From: Candidatus Kapaibacterium sp.
Lineage (GTDB): Bacteria > Bacteroidota > Ignavibacteria > Kapaibacteriales > UBA2268
Assembly: GCA_963664875.1 (NCBI GenBank)
Contig: OY761611.1
Coordinates: 3,072,001 to 3,136,000 of the forward strand
Direction: 5' to 3'
Length of the DNA: 64,000 nucleotides
In this document: positions 39,419-49,715 of the stretch, piece by piece
Position numbering within the stretch: position 1 is the stretch's first letter
Layout of the letters: every line of letters begins with the position of its first letter
Program-made: the position numbers and the translations under genes
Notes under the pieces: generated by a model
What the model was told of the DNA's origin: nothing
What the model saw: the letters and a program-made list of their open reading frames with translations, nothing else
Databases searched by the model: none

Positions 39419-41344
39419 GCTCTCGATATACTCTAAAAGTAGTTTCTTTTTGTCGAAGGCGACGTAGCATTTGGCTTCTTTGCCTTTTTCGCAGTAGTAG
39501 ATGCTGTAGTCCAACCAAAGGTGTTTTGGTCTGCCGCTAAGGTCGATTTTAATATCGCTTAGCTCGGCGGCGCTTTCCCACTTGCTCCCGTCAAAGGAGT
39601 AACGGAATAATGCCGGAGCGTCCTCTGTAAACTTCATGTTCGCAGGTAGCCCGAACTTAACGGAAAAGTTAGGTATCGCCTGAGCTATGTATTTCTTTTC
39701 TATGAGCTTGCCGTTAGCAGGCAACATATTTTCTATGATGTCAATCTTGAATGTGCTAATCTGCTTAGTGTCGAGATTTGCCACACGGATGAGGTCATTA
39801 TTTGTGTCGGTGATGTAAAGCAAATTGCCAACTACTTCCACATCGTTAGGCTCGTTAAGCTGTGACTCGTCGAAGTCGCCGTCCTTATAGCCACGCTCAC
39901 CCGTACCAATCAGAGTAGAAAGGCGTTTGGTTTTCGGGTCAAGCAGCTTGATTTTGTGGTTGTAAGTGTCAGCAATATAAACTTTACCATTGTGGTAGGT
40001 GCATCCGATGGCGTGCTGCAGCCTCGAACGAGGGAAACTGCCGTCCACATCGCCAAACTCGAAAAGCCCCTGCCCAACCAAAGAAGTAACATCGCCCTCC
40101 TTGCTGTCAATCATCCTAATACCGCTAACTTCACTATCGGCAATGTAGAAATTTCTGCCGTCGTAGGCTATTCCGCTCGGCTGAGCAAAAGAGGAATTAG
40201 CGAGATTGCCGTCAATAATATCCTCACGGCCGTTCCCTGCATATATTCCGCTTGTCGATTTAGTAAGGTCAATGCTCCAAATCTGATGCGGCCCTGCCAT
40301 TGCAACAATTAGTTTATCGCCAAGCTGAACAAGATCCCAAGGGCTGTTTAGCTCTTCGGTCAGAGCGTCGCCACCCTGTTCGCCCCAGCCACCTTGGTCA
40401 CCTGTTCCGGCAATTGTCGAAACAGTTTCTTTTAGCAAATCAATCTTTCTTATCGCATGATTTTCGGTATCGGCGACATAAAGAGCATCATCTGTTTCGG
40501 AATAATAAACTCCCTGCGGACGGAAAAACTGAGCCTCAGCAAAAGAGCCATCTTTAAAACCGATTTTGCCTGTACCTATTATGTATATAGGCTTGCCGTT
40601 TTCGTCAGTGCCGATGATGCGATTATGGTTAGAATCGCTTATCCAAAGGATATTTCGTTTGCTGTCAAAGCTGATTTTCCCGGGATAAGAAAGCAGAGAT
40701 TTGGGCTTCGAGCTTTTCTCCAATACAAGATTTAGCGGTGTGCGGTCGATTTCGCCAATCTCATCAAATTCTGTAATAATATCTTCTATCAAATCTCTCA
40801 GTTTAATATAAACTCCTTCGCCGGAAGTAACACCAAGCAACTTGCCGCGTGGGTTAATCAAAGCGAAAGAAGGCCATGCACGAACTCCATACTCCCGCCA
40901 CACTTTAAAATCCTTATCGTTCACAACAGGATGCTCAATTTCATAGCGGAGTATCGCCTCTCTGATATTATCGGTTACTTTCTCGTTTTCAAACTTTGCG
41001 GAATGCACACCAATAACAACAAGCTCCTCGGCGAACTCTTCCTCCAATTTTTTCAAATCAGGAATAACGTGTATGCAGTTAATGCAGCAATATGTCCAAA
41101 AGTCAAGCAAGACTACTTTACCTTTTAGGTCTTTTATCGATAAGGGCTGTTCTGTGTTTAGCCATTCCAAGCCATCATGAAAATCCGGTGCGTTCACTGT
41201 TCCTGAGTACTGCATCTCACTATCCTTTTTAGTTTGTAACTTTTTTGAGTTTAGATTGTCTTCTTTATAGTTGGCATTGCAGGAACTTATTGAACCTGCG
41301 AGCAGTATAAAGAGTAGTAATATATATAGATGTATTTTTGACAT
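39380..41344 (-). CDS. Thioredoxin-like + NHL-repeat lipoprotein (NHLRC2/SOQ1-like)
   Basis: Lipobox SISSC, DFWTYCCINC, VIGVHSAKF, repeated xADTxNHxIR NHL blades, C-terminal YYCEKGKEAKC. Confidence 0.88.
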   Translation of the reverse strand: MSKIHLYILLLFILLAGSISSCNANYKEDNLNSKKLQTKKDSEMQYSGTVNAPDFHDGLEWLNTEQPLSIKDLKGKVVLLDFWTYCCINCIHVIPDLKKLEEEFAEELVVIGVHSAKFENEKVTDNIREAILRYEIEHPVVNDKDFKVWREYGVRAWPSFALINPRGKLLGVTSGEGVYIKLRDLIEDIITEFDEIGEIDRTPLNLVLEKSSKPKSLLSYPGKISFDSKRNILWISDSNHNRIIGTDENGKPIYIIGTGKIGFKDGSFAEAQFFRPQGVYYSETDDALYVADTENHAIRKIDLLKETVSTIAGTGDQGGWGEQGGDALTEELNSPWDLVQLGDKLIVAMAGPHQIWSIDLTKSTSGIYAGNGREDIIDGNLANSSFAQPSGIAYDGRNFYIADSEVSGIRMIDSKEGDVTSLVGQGLFEFGDVDGSFPRSRLQHAIGCTYHNGKVYIADTYNHKIKLLDPKTKRLSTLIGTGERGYKDGDFDESQLNEPNDVEVVGNLLYITDTNNDLIRVANLDTKQISTFKIDIIENMLPANGKLIEKKYIAQAIPNFSVKFGLPANMKFTEDAPALFRYSFDGSKWESAAELSDIKIDLSGRPKHLWLDYSIYYCEKGKEAKCYVAFDKKKLLLEYIESGKSGYEIELMAE

Positions 41345-41526
41345 TAGTCGTTGCTAAATAATGAATATTATAGATAAATAGACAATAAGTTTTCAACAAA
41401 ATTGTATATTTATATAGATAATTGGCAAAATATTTGACTTCACATAAATTTAACAAGAATTTGAATTGACTATTAAACCAAAAAAATGTATATTAGCTTT
41501 ATGTAAATACTATACTTAGCGTTGAT

Positions 41527-41955
41527 ATGAAAAAGAAACTTATAATAGCCCTGTTTTTTGTTTTGGCATCAGTAGTCATATACGCTGCCGGAACAACTCT
41601 ACGCACGTTTTCAGCTAAAACGAGCGGCACAGATATTATTGTCGAATGGACTTCAGTGCAGGAAGTAAATTTGAAAGAATTTCAGATTGAAAGAAAAAGC
41701 GACCAAAGCAGCTTTGTTTATGTTACTACTGAAGAAGCACAAGGTGATAATTCCCGCTATTCTTATGTTGACGACAAAGCCTTTATGTCCAAAGACAATA
41801 ACGGCGACCAAGTCCTAAAAGGAAAAGAGTATTTCTACAGACTCAAATTTGTAGGCGAAGATGGTTCTGTTTCTTATAGTGACCCGGTGCCGGTAACTCA
41901 GCATATTAACTCCGTGCAGAGAACTTGGGGCATGATAAAAGAAATGTTCAGATAA
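41527..41955 (+). CDS. Secreted hypothetical protein (FnIII-like)
   Basis: Signal peptide; VEWTS..E..F.IER, YSYVD, YFYRL, TWGMIKEMFR tail. Confidence 0.7.
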   Translation: MKKKLIIALFFVLASVVIYAAGTTLRTFSAKTSGTDIIVEWTSVQEVNLKEFQIERKSDQSSFVYVTTEEAQGDNSRYSYVDDKAFMSKDNNGDQVLKGKEYFYRLKFVGEDGSVSYSDPVPVTQHINSVQRTWGMIKEMFR

Positions 41956-42036
41956 TTTCTTTTATCTCATTGATTTTTTTAACAAATTGCACTTTGTTTC
42001 TACATAGTGCAATTTTTTTTACATGAGACCCAAAAA

Positions 42037-43689
42037 ATGAAATACATATTTAGCATACTTGCCTTTGTTTTTCCTGTTTTAGTTTACGCACATAACGGCT
42101 CTTCGGTCGAACCGGTGAAATGTGGTACTTGCCTTTCACATCAGGAAATCCGAAACATGGTTCAGATTTGCAACTTTGACTTTGCCAAAAGGCATATAAT
42201 GCAAAAAACCTATACCAGCCCTTCCGGCAAGTTCCTTATTCACTATGACATAAGCGGAGAGCATGCCGTAGCAGCAAAAGATGCCAATGCAAACGGAGTG
42301 CCTGACTACATAGATTCCGTGGCTTACTACGCTGATTATTCTTACCAAAAGGAAGTAATCGAGCTCGGCTACTATTCGCCTATGCCCGAACCCGGCGGAA
42401 TAAATGATTTGTATGACATATATATATACGAACTTGGCAAAAGTGCTAAGCTATATGGACTAACTCAAGCAGACAGAGCTATCCAACTGCCTGCAGGCGA
42501 CAATGGATATGATAAATTTCATTCATTTATTGCTATCGACAACGATTACAGCCCAAGCGATTCTGTTTTGGTGGACAATCGCTTAGTCAAAGCATATACC
42601 ACTGATGGCATAGATGCTCTCAAAATCACTTTGATTCACGAATTTCACCACGCTATTCAGTATGTTTATGGTAATATCACTTTCGGAACTCTCTATGCAG
42701 AGCTGACAAGTACCTACATGGAAAACAGATTTTTCCCTGAGATTAAGGATTATTATCAATACGTAAAGTACCTCTTCGAATCTTTATATAAATATCCCTT
42801 TGGCAAAGATGATTACAAAGCCGGATATGCATATTCCATATTTGGTCAGTATCTCTATAAGAATTTTGGAGACGATCTACTGAGGAGATCATGGGAACTT
42901 ATCGACGAAATAAATAATCGAAAAATAAGCTATGTGGAGGCATTGGATTCTGCTTTCAGGGAGCAGGGTACAGACTTCCTTACAGAATGGAAAAATTTCC
43001 AGCCATATATGTATTTCACAGGCAGCCGAGCTTTAGGTGATTTGTATCTGGAAGATGCAAAGTATTTACCGGAAGTCAAATTCTATCAGATTCAGGCTTT
43101 TGACAATGGCAGATCCTATTCCTCCGGAGTGCTTAGCCAGCTGGAACAACGCTGTGTCCGATTTGTTCTGAAATACAGCAATGCCAGCAACGACACCTTA
43201 GACGTATTTATGACAAATTTGGACACAAAGCATGCAGGAACAATAAGTGACTACAAATCAAATTACAATCTGCAGTGCAGCGCCCAAGAATTTGACAATG
43301 CAATCAATGAACAGGGTAAAGATGTTTACTGGAGCAAGGAAGATCCGGATAATATAACGCACTTTATACCATACTTAGGGAAGGGCGATAAATCAGTCTT
43401 TGTGGACTTTGCCTTCCCGAACCCATACATTCCGGGCAAGCATCAGGGGATGTATATACCCGTGCCGGAGATAAACAACTTATACAACAAGATAAATGTA
43501 GTAGTCTTTTCCGCAAATATGCAGGAAATATTTGCAGGTACTTACGATTTTGTATTTATGGATAACAATCAGGTAGTTATTGATATCAGCGATGAAGCAA
43601 AAGACTTGCAAAGTGGAGTGTATTTGTACAAAATATCCACTCCTGAAAATGACTATCTCGGAAAATTTGCAGTGAAGGTAGTAGAATGA
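42037..43689 (+). CDS. Secreted zinc metalloprotease-like protein (MXAN_6640-like) with T9SS-type CTD
   Basis: KCGT propeptide-like motif, DANANGVPDYID, HEFHHAIQ zinc motif, FPNP..SGVYLY CTD. Confidence 0.72.
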   Translation: MKYIFSILAFVFPVLVYAHNGSSVEPVKCGTCLSHQEIRNMVQICNFDFAKRHIMQKTYTSPSGKFLIHYDISGEHAVAAKDANANGVPDYIDSVAYYADYSYQKEVIELGYYSPMPEPGGINDLYDIYIYELGKSAKLYGLTQADRAIQLPAGDNGYDKFHSFIAIDNDYSPSDSVLVDNRLVKAYTTDGIDALKITLIHEFHHAIQYVYGNITFGTLYAELTSTYMENRFFPEIKDYYQYVKYLFESLYKYPFGKDDYKAGYAYSIFGQYLYKNFGDDLLRRSWELIDEINNRKISYVEALDSAFREQGTDFLTEWKNFQPYMYFTGSRALGDLYLEDAKYLPEVKFYQIQAFDNGRSYSSGVLSQLEQRCVRFVLKYSNASNDTLDVFMTNLDTKHAGTISDYKSNYNLQCSAQEFDNAINEQGKDVYWSKEDPDNITHFIPYLGKGDKSVFVDFAFPNPYIPGKHQGMYIPVPEINNLYNKINVVVFSANMQEIFAGTYDFVFMDNNQVVIDISDEAKDLQSGVYLYKISTPENDYLGKFAVKVVE

Positions 43690-44318
43690 TAAAATTTAAC
43701 ATAACAGCATGCAATGTAGCTAAGACTTTTGACGGAAGAAATTTTCTTTTCAGCGATATTTCCCTGCAGCTCAGCAACGGCGAATCATTAGTAGTTACAG
43801 GCATAAACGGTTCCGGAAAATCTACTTTACTGAAAATATTAGCTGGTGTAATTTCTCCCTCAAAAGGCGAAGTTACGTACGAAACTGAACTTGGCAAAAT
43901 AGACAAAGGCAGCTGGCACGAACATTTCTGTTTCGTATCTCCATACCTTAATCTATACGAAGAGTTTACACCATTGGAACATCTCAAAATATTTGCCGAG
44001 ATACAAGGCATCAATTATGATGAGGAAATGGCAAAAGCTAATCTTGAAAAAGTTGGAATCTACAAAGCAAGAAAGCGTGAAATCAAAAAATTCTCCTCCG
44101 GAATGAAGCAGAGGATGAAATTCGCACTCGCGCTGCAGCGTCCCGGGCAGCTTTTCTTTATGGATGAGCCTACAAGCAATCTCGACAAAGAGGGCATAGA
44201 AACAGTAGAAAAGATATTCGCTGAGCACATCTCAAACGGTGGTGCCGTGCTAATCGCTTCCAACGAAGACAGAGAAATAAAACTCTGCGACAAAGCTATA
44301 GCAATACAAGTGGGATAG
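43686..44318 (+). CDS. ABC transporter ATP-binding protein (CcmA-like)
   Basis: GINGSGKST, FSSGMKQR, DEPTSNLD. Confidence 0.85.
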   Translation: MIKFNITACNVAKTFDGRNFLFSDISLQLSNGESLVVTGINGSGKSTLLKILAGVISPSKGEVTYETELGKIDKGSWHEHFCFVSPYLNLYEEFTPLEHLKIFAEIQGINYDEEMAKANLEKVGIYKARKREIKKFSSGMKQRMKFALALQRPGQLFFMDEPTSNLDKEGIETVEKIFAEHISNGGAVLIASNEDREIKLCDKAIAIQVG

Positions 44319-44379
44319 AGCTAATACATACCTAAAACGGATTCTAAAAGCTAAAAAAACAATCAAATTACAAATCAAA

Positions 44380-45288
44380 GTGGGGGGAGAAGTGAAAAAA
44401 TTAGTACTGTTTTTAACTATCATTCTTTTGGCTTGCACTCAGGATAATCAGAGTCTGCTTTCCGATCAAAAATCAAAGCAGGACGCAGATATCTATAAAG
44501 TTCATATCTCAAATTACAGACTGCCGGAAGAATTGTTCCTGTGTGGCGAGCGGTTACCCTTAGAAGACGAAGAAATAAGGGAGCGTGCCGAAAGGGAATT
44601 TTATTTGCTATTGCAGCAACCGGGTCAGATAATGCTTTATTTGAAACGTTCCGGAAGGTATTTCCCAACATTTGAAAGTATCATTGCCGAAGAAAAAATG
44701 CCTGATGATTTGAAATATCTGGCAGTTGCCGAATCAGCACTGATTCAGGCTCTTTCGAGTAAAAGTGCATTAGGTATGTGGCAGTTCATGAAAGAAACAG
44801 GTCGCTCTATGGGTCTGCTTTGTGGCGACTATGTGGACGAAAGGAAACATCCCGAAAAAAGCACAAGAGCCGCCATGCAGTATCTAAAAAACGGTTATCA
44901 AAAACATAAATCATGGCTGTTGACGCTTGCCGGCTACAATATGGGACAGGCTGGAGTCAGCAGAAGTTTGGAGTATCAGGAAGGAGAAGATTACTTTGAT
45001 CTCTTCCTAAACGACGAAACTTCACGTTTCATCTTTAGAATAGCTATAATCAAAGAAATTATGGACAATCCTACCAAATATGGCTTCTATCTCGAAGAAA
45101 GCGATTATTACAAGCCATACGCCACTAAAATCATTAAGGCAACTAAGGTAGATGACATCGCTACATGGGCAAAAGAAAATAACACTACTTACAAAGAAGT
45201 TAAACTTCTCAATCCATGGATACTCGGCAAAGAACTCCCGTTACATCCTGACAGAATCGACTGGGAAATAGCAGTGCCAAATAAATAG
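44380..45288 (+). CDS. Lytic murein transglycosylase (SLT/MltD-like lipoprotein)
   Basis: LAVAES, GMWQFM, VDERK, AGYNMG; lipobox LLAC. Confidence 0.88.
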   Translation: MGGEVKKLVLFLTIILLACTQDNQSLLSDQKSKQDADIYKVHISNYRLPEELFLCGERLPLEDEEIRERAEREFYLLLQQPGQIMLYLKRSGRYFPTFESIIAEEKMPDDLKYLAVAESALIQALSSKSALGMWQFMKETGRSMGLLCGDYVDERKHPEKSTRAAMQYLKNGYQKHKSWLLTLAGYNMGQAGVSRSLEYQEGEDYFDLFLNDETSRFIFRIAIIKEIMDNPTKYGFYLEESDYYKPYATKIIKATKVDDIATWAKENNTTYKEVKLLNPWILGKELPLHPDRIDWEIAVPNK

Positions 45289-45301
45289 AAAAATTGGAAA
45301 T

Positions 45302-45751
45302 ATGTTACCTGATAAAACAAACAGCGAAATATTACTTTATACATCTGATGATGGCGATATAAAAATTCAAGTGCTATTGAATCAAGATACTGTCTGGCTA
45401 TCTCAAGCTGATATGGTAGAGCTATTTCAAAGCTCAAAATCAAATATAAGTGAGCACATTAAGCATATCTTTGAGGAAGGCGAATTAAAACAGGATTCAA
45501 CTGTTCGGAAATTCCGAACTGTTCGAAAAGAAGCTAATAGAGAAGTTGAGCGAGAAATTGTTCACTATAATCTTGATGTTATAATCTCTGTGGGCTACCG
45601 GGTCAAATCTCTAAGAGGTACTCAATTCCGTATTTGGGCTACAGAAAGGCTACGGGAATACCTTATAAAAGGCTTCACCATGAATGATGATTTGTTGAAG
45701 CAAGATGGTGGTTATTTTGAGGCAATTTTGTTTAGCACATTTGCGATTTAA
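45302..45751 (+). pseudogene. Truncated RhuM-family protein
   Basis: TVWLSQ..M.ELF, ISEHIKHIFEEGEL, YNLDVIISVGYRVKS.RGTQFRIWAT; family-like sequence stops after GGYFE, about half the usual length. Confidence 0.75.
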
Positions 45752-45809
45752 ACTCTTAGTAATGAAACCCTTGCAAATACAACGGTTTGAAAATCTAATC
45801 TAAATAAGA

Positions 45810-46388
45810 TTGACTCATAAAGATTATAATACAGAAAAAGGACAATTATTGAAGATTATAATGCAAAATAAACGATACGAAATATTAGCCGGACTTCCCG
45901 CGTATGGTCCAATGTATAAATCTATTCCTAATAGTGGGAAAAATATATACAGTGAAGGCTTTGTTGTCCGTTTCTTTAAAGATGATGGTACTGATTGGGT
46001 TGCCAATTTTACAGGAAAGGAAGGAATGGATAGGCAACCTGAAATAATTGAATTGCCTAAAAAAAGATTCCTTTTGATTATAGTTCAAGGTTGTGTTTAT
46101 ATCTTAGACCCTAATTTTGAGACTCCAATTGACAAAGTGAGCGTAGATTTAGATGCTATTTACTTTGCTTCAAAAGATAGAACAATCCTTCAAGATTATT
46201 TGTCAAATTTCAAAGTAATAGAAGCTGATGGTATCATTTGGGAAACAGAGTCTATATCTAATGATGGATTTGATGAGATAAAAGTAGAAGACAACATCGT
46301 ATCAGGAAAAGCATATAACGAAATGGGTAGTTCTGCATTCGAATTCTCTAATAATATAGATTCTAAAGAATTAACAAGAAAAACTTGA
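45810..46388 (+). CDS. Hypothetical protein
   Basis: GLPAYGPMY, YSEGFVVRFFK.DG..WVANF; likely start near 45861. Confidence 0.6.
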   Translation: MTHKDYNTEKGQLLKIIMQNKRYEILAGLPAYGPMYKSIPNSGKNIYSEGFVVRFFKDDGTDWVANFTGKEGMDRQPEIIELPKKRFLLIIVQGCVYILDPNFETPIDKVSVDLDAIYFASKDRTILQDYLSNFKVIEADGIIWETESISNDGFDEIKVEDNIVSGKAYNEMGSSAFEFSNNIDSKELTRKT

Positions 46389-46400
46389 GAAAAAACAAAA

Positions 46401-46440
46401 AAAAAATGGAAGTGCAAATCTAATCACACTTCCATTTTTA
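46401..46440. terminator. Bidirectional terminator
   Basis: aaaaatggaagtg/cacttccattttt. Confidence 0.7.
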
Positions 46441-46460
46441 ATATTGTTTTCGGCTAAAGA

Positions 46461-46874
46461 TTATTCAGCAGATTCAGCTTTTTTAGCTTCTTCTTCTGCT
46501 TTGATTTTAGCTTCTTTGCGTTTTTTGCGAAGATCGCGCTGGCGGTCGTAACGAGCTTGTACAACTTGAGCGTGTTTCGCAACTTCTGCATTGATTTCTT
46601 CTTCTGTTTTGCCTTTGAACTGCAAAGCACGGCGAAGAAGTACACCTTCGTAGCTCATAAGCAAACGAACAGTGTGTGTAGGCTGAGCACCAACATTTAA
46701 CCAATAAATGCAACGCTCAGGTTTAAAGTTGATAGTGTTAGGCTGAGTGTTTGGATCATAGAACCCAACTTTTTCAAGGAAAGCACCATCGCGGCGAGCA
46801 CGTTGGTCAACTGCAACGATATCGTACACAGCGTGGTGCGCTCTACCTTTGCGTCTTAATCTTAACTTTACCAT
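46461..46874 (-). CDS. rpsP: 30S ribosomal protein S16
   Basis: MVKLRLRRKGR, RRDG..LEKVGFYDP, WLNVGAQPT. Confidence 0.95.
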   Translation of the reverse strand: MVKLRLRRKGRAHHAVYDIVAVDQRARRDGAFLEKVGFYDPNTQPNTINFKPERCIYWLNVGAQPTHTVRLLMSYEGVLLRRALQFKGKTEEEINAEVAKHAQVVQARYDRQRDLRKKRKEAKIKAEEEAKKAESAE

Positions 46875-46919
46875 TATAAACCTTAGATATATAATTTATA
46901 AAAATCTGTATTTATGGGC

Positions 46920-48257
46920 TTAAGCACCGCCGAGTCCGCGTGGGATTCTTGGCATAAAACGAGACCGTTTGCCGCGTGTTAAATTTTTCATCATTTTATG
47001 CATTTCATCAAATTGCTTTAGTAATCGGTTTACGTCCTGGACTGATGAACCCGAACCGAGTGCAATTCTTTGCCTGCGAGACCCATTGATGATTTTCGGA
47101 TTATGTCGCTCAGCGATGGTCATTGAGAGGATAATAGCTTCGACACGGTTAAACGCATTATCGTCAATCTGAACATTTTTAAGCTGACGGTCCATACCCG
47201 GAATCATACCAAGCAAGTCCTTAATAGAACCCATTTTTCTGATAGTTCTAAGCTGATCGAGGAAATCCTCGAATGTAAATTGATTCTTTCTTATTTTTTC
47301 TTCTAATTCTTTTGCCTGCTCTTTGTCAATCTGAGCTTCTGCTCTTTCCACAAGAGTAAGCACGTCACCCATACCAAGGATACGAGAAGCAATCCTTTCC
47401 GGGTGGAATGGCTCAAGTGCATCTAACTTTTCGCCTGTACCTACAAATTTGACTGGCTTGCCTACTACGTCAAGCACTGATATAGCAGCACCACCGCGAG
47501 TGTCACCATCTAATTTTGTAAGCACTACGCCTGTGAGGGCTAATTTTTCGTGGAATGCCTTAGCAGTAGTTACAGCATCCTGACCAATCATCGCATCACA
47601 AACAAACAGAGTTTCTGTCGGTTTTACAGCTTTTGCGATGTTTGCTACCTCTTCCATCATGACTTCATCTATAGTCAGACGGCCTGCAGTATCTACAATG
47701 ATAATATCACGAGCAAATTTTTTCGCATAGTCTATTGATTTTGCTGCAATAGCTACTGCGTCTTTGTTGTCATCTTCAAAGAAAATAGGAACTTTAATTT
47801 GATCAGCGATTTGTTTTAGCTGCTCTACTGCGGCAGGTCTATGCACGTCGCAGGCAACCAAAAGCGGCTGGCGTCCTTTTTTTCTAAGGTTACGGGCTAA
47901 TTTACCGCAAAAAGTAGTTTTACCAGAACCCTGCAAACCTGCCACCATGATAATAGTAGGGGCTTGCGGAGCTATACGCAATTCACTCATCTTGCTGCCC
48001 ATGAGCTCAACTAATTCATCGTGTACGATTTTTACGATTAGCTGCTCTGGCAATAAATTACCTTTAACTTCTGTGCCGATAGCTTTCTGTTTTACTTCTT
48101 CAGTAAACTTTTTTGCAACGTGGAGGTTTACGTCAGCTTCTATCAAAGCTCTTCTAATCTCACGTATGGCATCGGCTATATTATCTTCTGTTATTGTCGA
48201 TTGACCGCGAAGGCGCTTCAGGGCACCTTCTAACTTCTCTTGTAAGTTCTCAAACAT
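46920..48257 (-). CDS. ffh: Signal recognition particle protein
   Basis: GLQGSGKTT, DTAGR, TKLDGDTRGG, RILGMGD, M domain. Confidence 0.97.
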   Translation of the reverse strand: MFENLQEKLEGALKRLRGQSTITEDNIADAIREIRRALIEADVNLHVAKKFTEEVKQKAIGTEVKGNLLPEQLIVKIVHDELVELMGSKMSELRIAPQAPTIIMVAGLQGSGKTTFCGKLARNLRKKGRQPLLVACDVHRPAAVEQLKQIADQIKVPIFFEDDNKDAVAIAAKSIDYAKKFARDIIIVDTAGRLTIDEVMMEEVANIAKAVKPTETLFVCDAMIGQDAVTTAKAFHEKLALTGVVLTKLDGDTRGGAAISVLDVVGKPVKFVGTGEKLDALEPFHPERIASRILGMGDVLTLVERAEAQIDKEQAKELEEKIRKNQFTFEDFLDQLRTIRKMGSIKDLLGMIPGMDRQLKNVQIDDNAFNRVEAIILSMTIAERHNPKIINGSRRQRIALGSGSSVQDVNRLLKQFDEMHKMMKNLTRGKRSRFMPRIPRGLGGA

Positions 48258-48427
48258 AATATACCACGCTAATTTACAGAACTACAAATTTATGGTATTT
48301 ATCTATAATGTGCAACTGAAATAAGGCACAAAAAGTAAATATTCTAAAAAATATTTTTGCAAAATACGAAATTTTTACCATACAAGCTCGTTTATAATAT
48401 AAATTGTTATATTAGAAAGACTTTTGT

Positions 48428-48778
48428 ATGCTTTGCGAAACCATGCTAAATATTATATTTTGCAAAAGTCTGATTGGTGAATGTAATAAATCTCAAATGG
48501 ATAAATCTATATCTGATTACGAATTGTATTTGGATAAATGCAATGAAGTTGGAGAATTAAAAAATGCAATCAGACTCAATATGCGCCATAACGCTCTACC
48601 GTCCTATCTGGTAGTAGCATCTTTCGAAAAATATCTTCTTTTCGAAAGGTCAGACGCAGATGTGTTGCAAATATACGCTAATTATCTGATAAAATATGTA
48701 CCGGAGTGGGGCTACTATGCCGGTATTTTGTTAGATGAAGCACGCCGAATCAGAAGTAAAAATTGCCGTAGAAAATAA
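48428..48778 (+). CDS. Hypothetical protein
   Basis: 116-aa ORF, no recognisable motif; start uncertain. Confidence 0.4.
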   Translation: MLCETMLNIIFCKSLIGECNKSQMDKSISDYELYLDKCNEVGELKNAIRLNMRHNALPSYLVVASFEKYLLFERSDADVLQIYANYLIKYVPEWGYYAGILLDEARRIRSKNCRRK

Positions 48779-48824
48779 AATTGGGTAAATTGTTCTTTTC
48801 CTAATTTTATCTACGGTGGTTTTT

Positions 48825-49715
48825 ATGCCGTTTTATGGTGAATCCATTGCCCTGTTTGTAGCTGTCCTTTGGTCTTTAGGTTCCTTTATTGTTACAGCTG
48901 CCGCTCAAAAAGTTGGAGCCATTCAGCTCAATATCGACCGACTTATACTTGGAATCATATATATACTTGCTACTGCGTTACTGCTTAATATTGATTATAA
49001 TATGAGCGTTTCACAGATATTATGGCTCAGTGCGAGCGGTATAGTAGGTATGTTCCTTGGTGATAGTTTCCTCTTTCGAGCATTTAAAGAAATTGGGCCG
49101 AGACTTGGCTTGCTCGTGTTTTCTCTCAATCCGGCAATTGCTGCTCTTATTGCATATTTTACATTTGATGAAACTCTCGGATTATGGGGTATCACAGGTA
49201 TAATAATCACTCTTTCAGGTGTGGCATTAGTAGTGCTGGATAAAAGGAAATTTGCAGAAAACAAATATCAAATCAGTGCAAAGGGAGTCGCTTACGCTGT
49301 ATTGGCTGCTATAGGTCAAGGCACAGGCCTGATTCTTGCTAAAATGGCTTATGCTGAGTCAGCAGTTCATTTTTTTGCAGCTACTTCTGTTCGACTAATA
49401 GCTGCAGTGCTTTGTATGCTACCATTTGCTTTATTTTTCAAAAAATATAAAAATCCAATAAATCTCTACAAAAATGATACTAAAATCTTTGGACTTATAG
49501 CACTTGCTACTCTTATGGGGACATATCTCGGGGTCTCACTAAGCTACGAAGCTATAACACATGCTAAAGTAGGTATTGCTTCAACAATAATGTCTTCTAT
49601 GCCAATAATTATGCTCCCAATTTCGTACTTTTACTTTAAGGAAAAGATCGGATTCAGAGGTATCATTGGAGCATTTATAGCAGTAGGAGGCATAGCGGCT
49701 CTCTTTCTTGTCTAA
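48825..49715 (+). CDS. DMT/EamA-family transporter
   Basis: About 10 TM helices in two repeats; GMFLGDSFLF..IGPR. Confidence 0.85.
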   Translation: MPFYGESIALFVAVLWSLGSFIVTAAAQKVGAIQLNIDRLILGIIYILATALLLNIDYNMSVSQILWLSASGIVGMFLGDSFLFRAFKEIGPRLGLLVFSLNPAIAALIAYFTFDETLGLWGITGIIITLSGVALVVLDKRKFAENKYQISAKGVAYAVLAAIGQGTGLILAKMAYAESAVHFFAATSVRLIAAVLCMLPFALFFKKYKNPINLYKNDTKIFGLIALATLMGTYLGVSLSYEAITHAKVGIASTIMSSMPIIMLPISYFYFKEKIGFRGIIGAFIAVGGIAALFLV

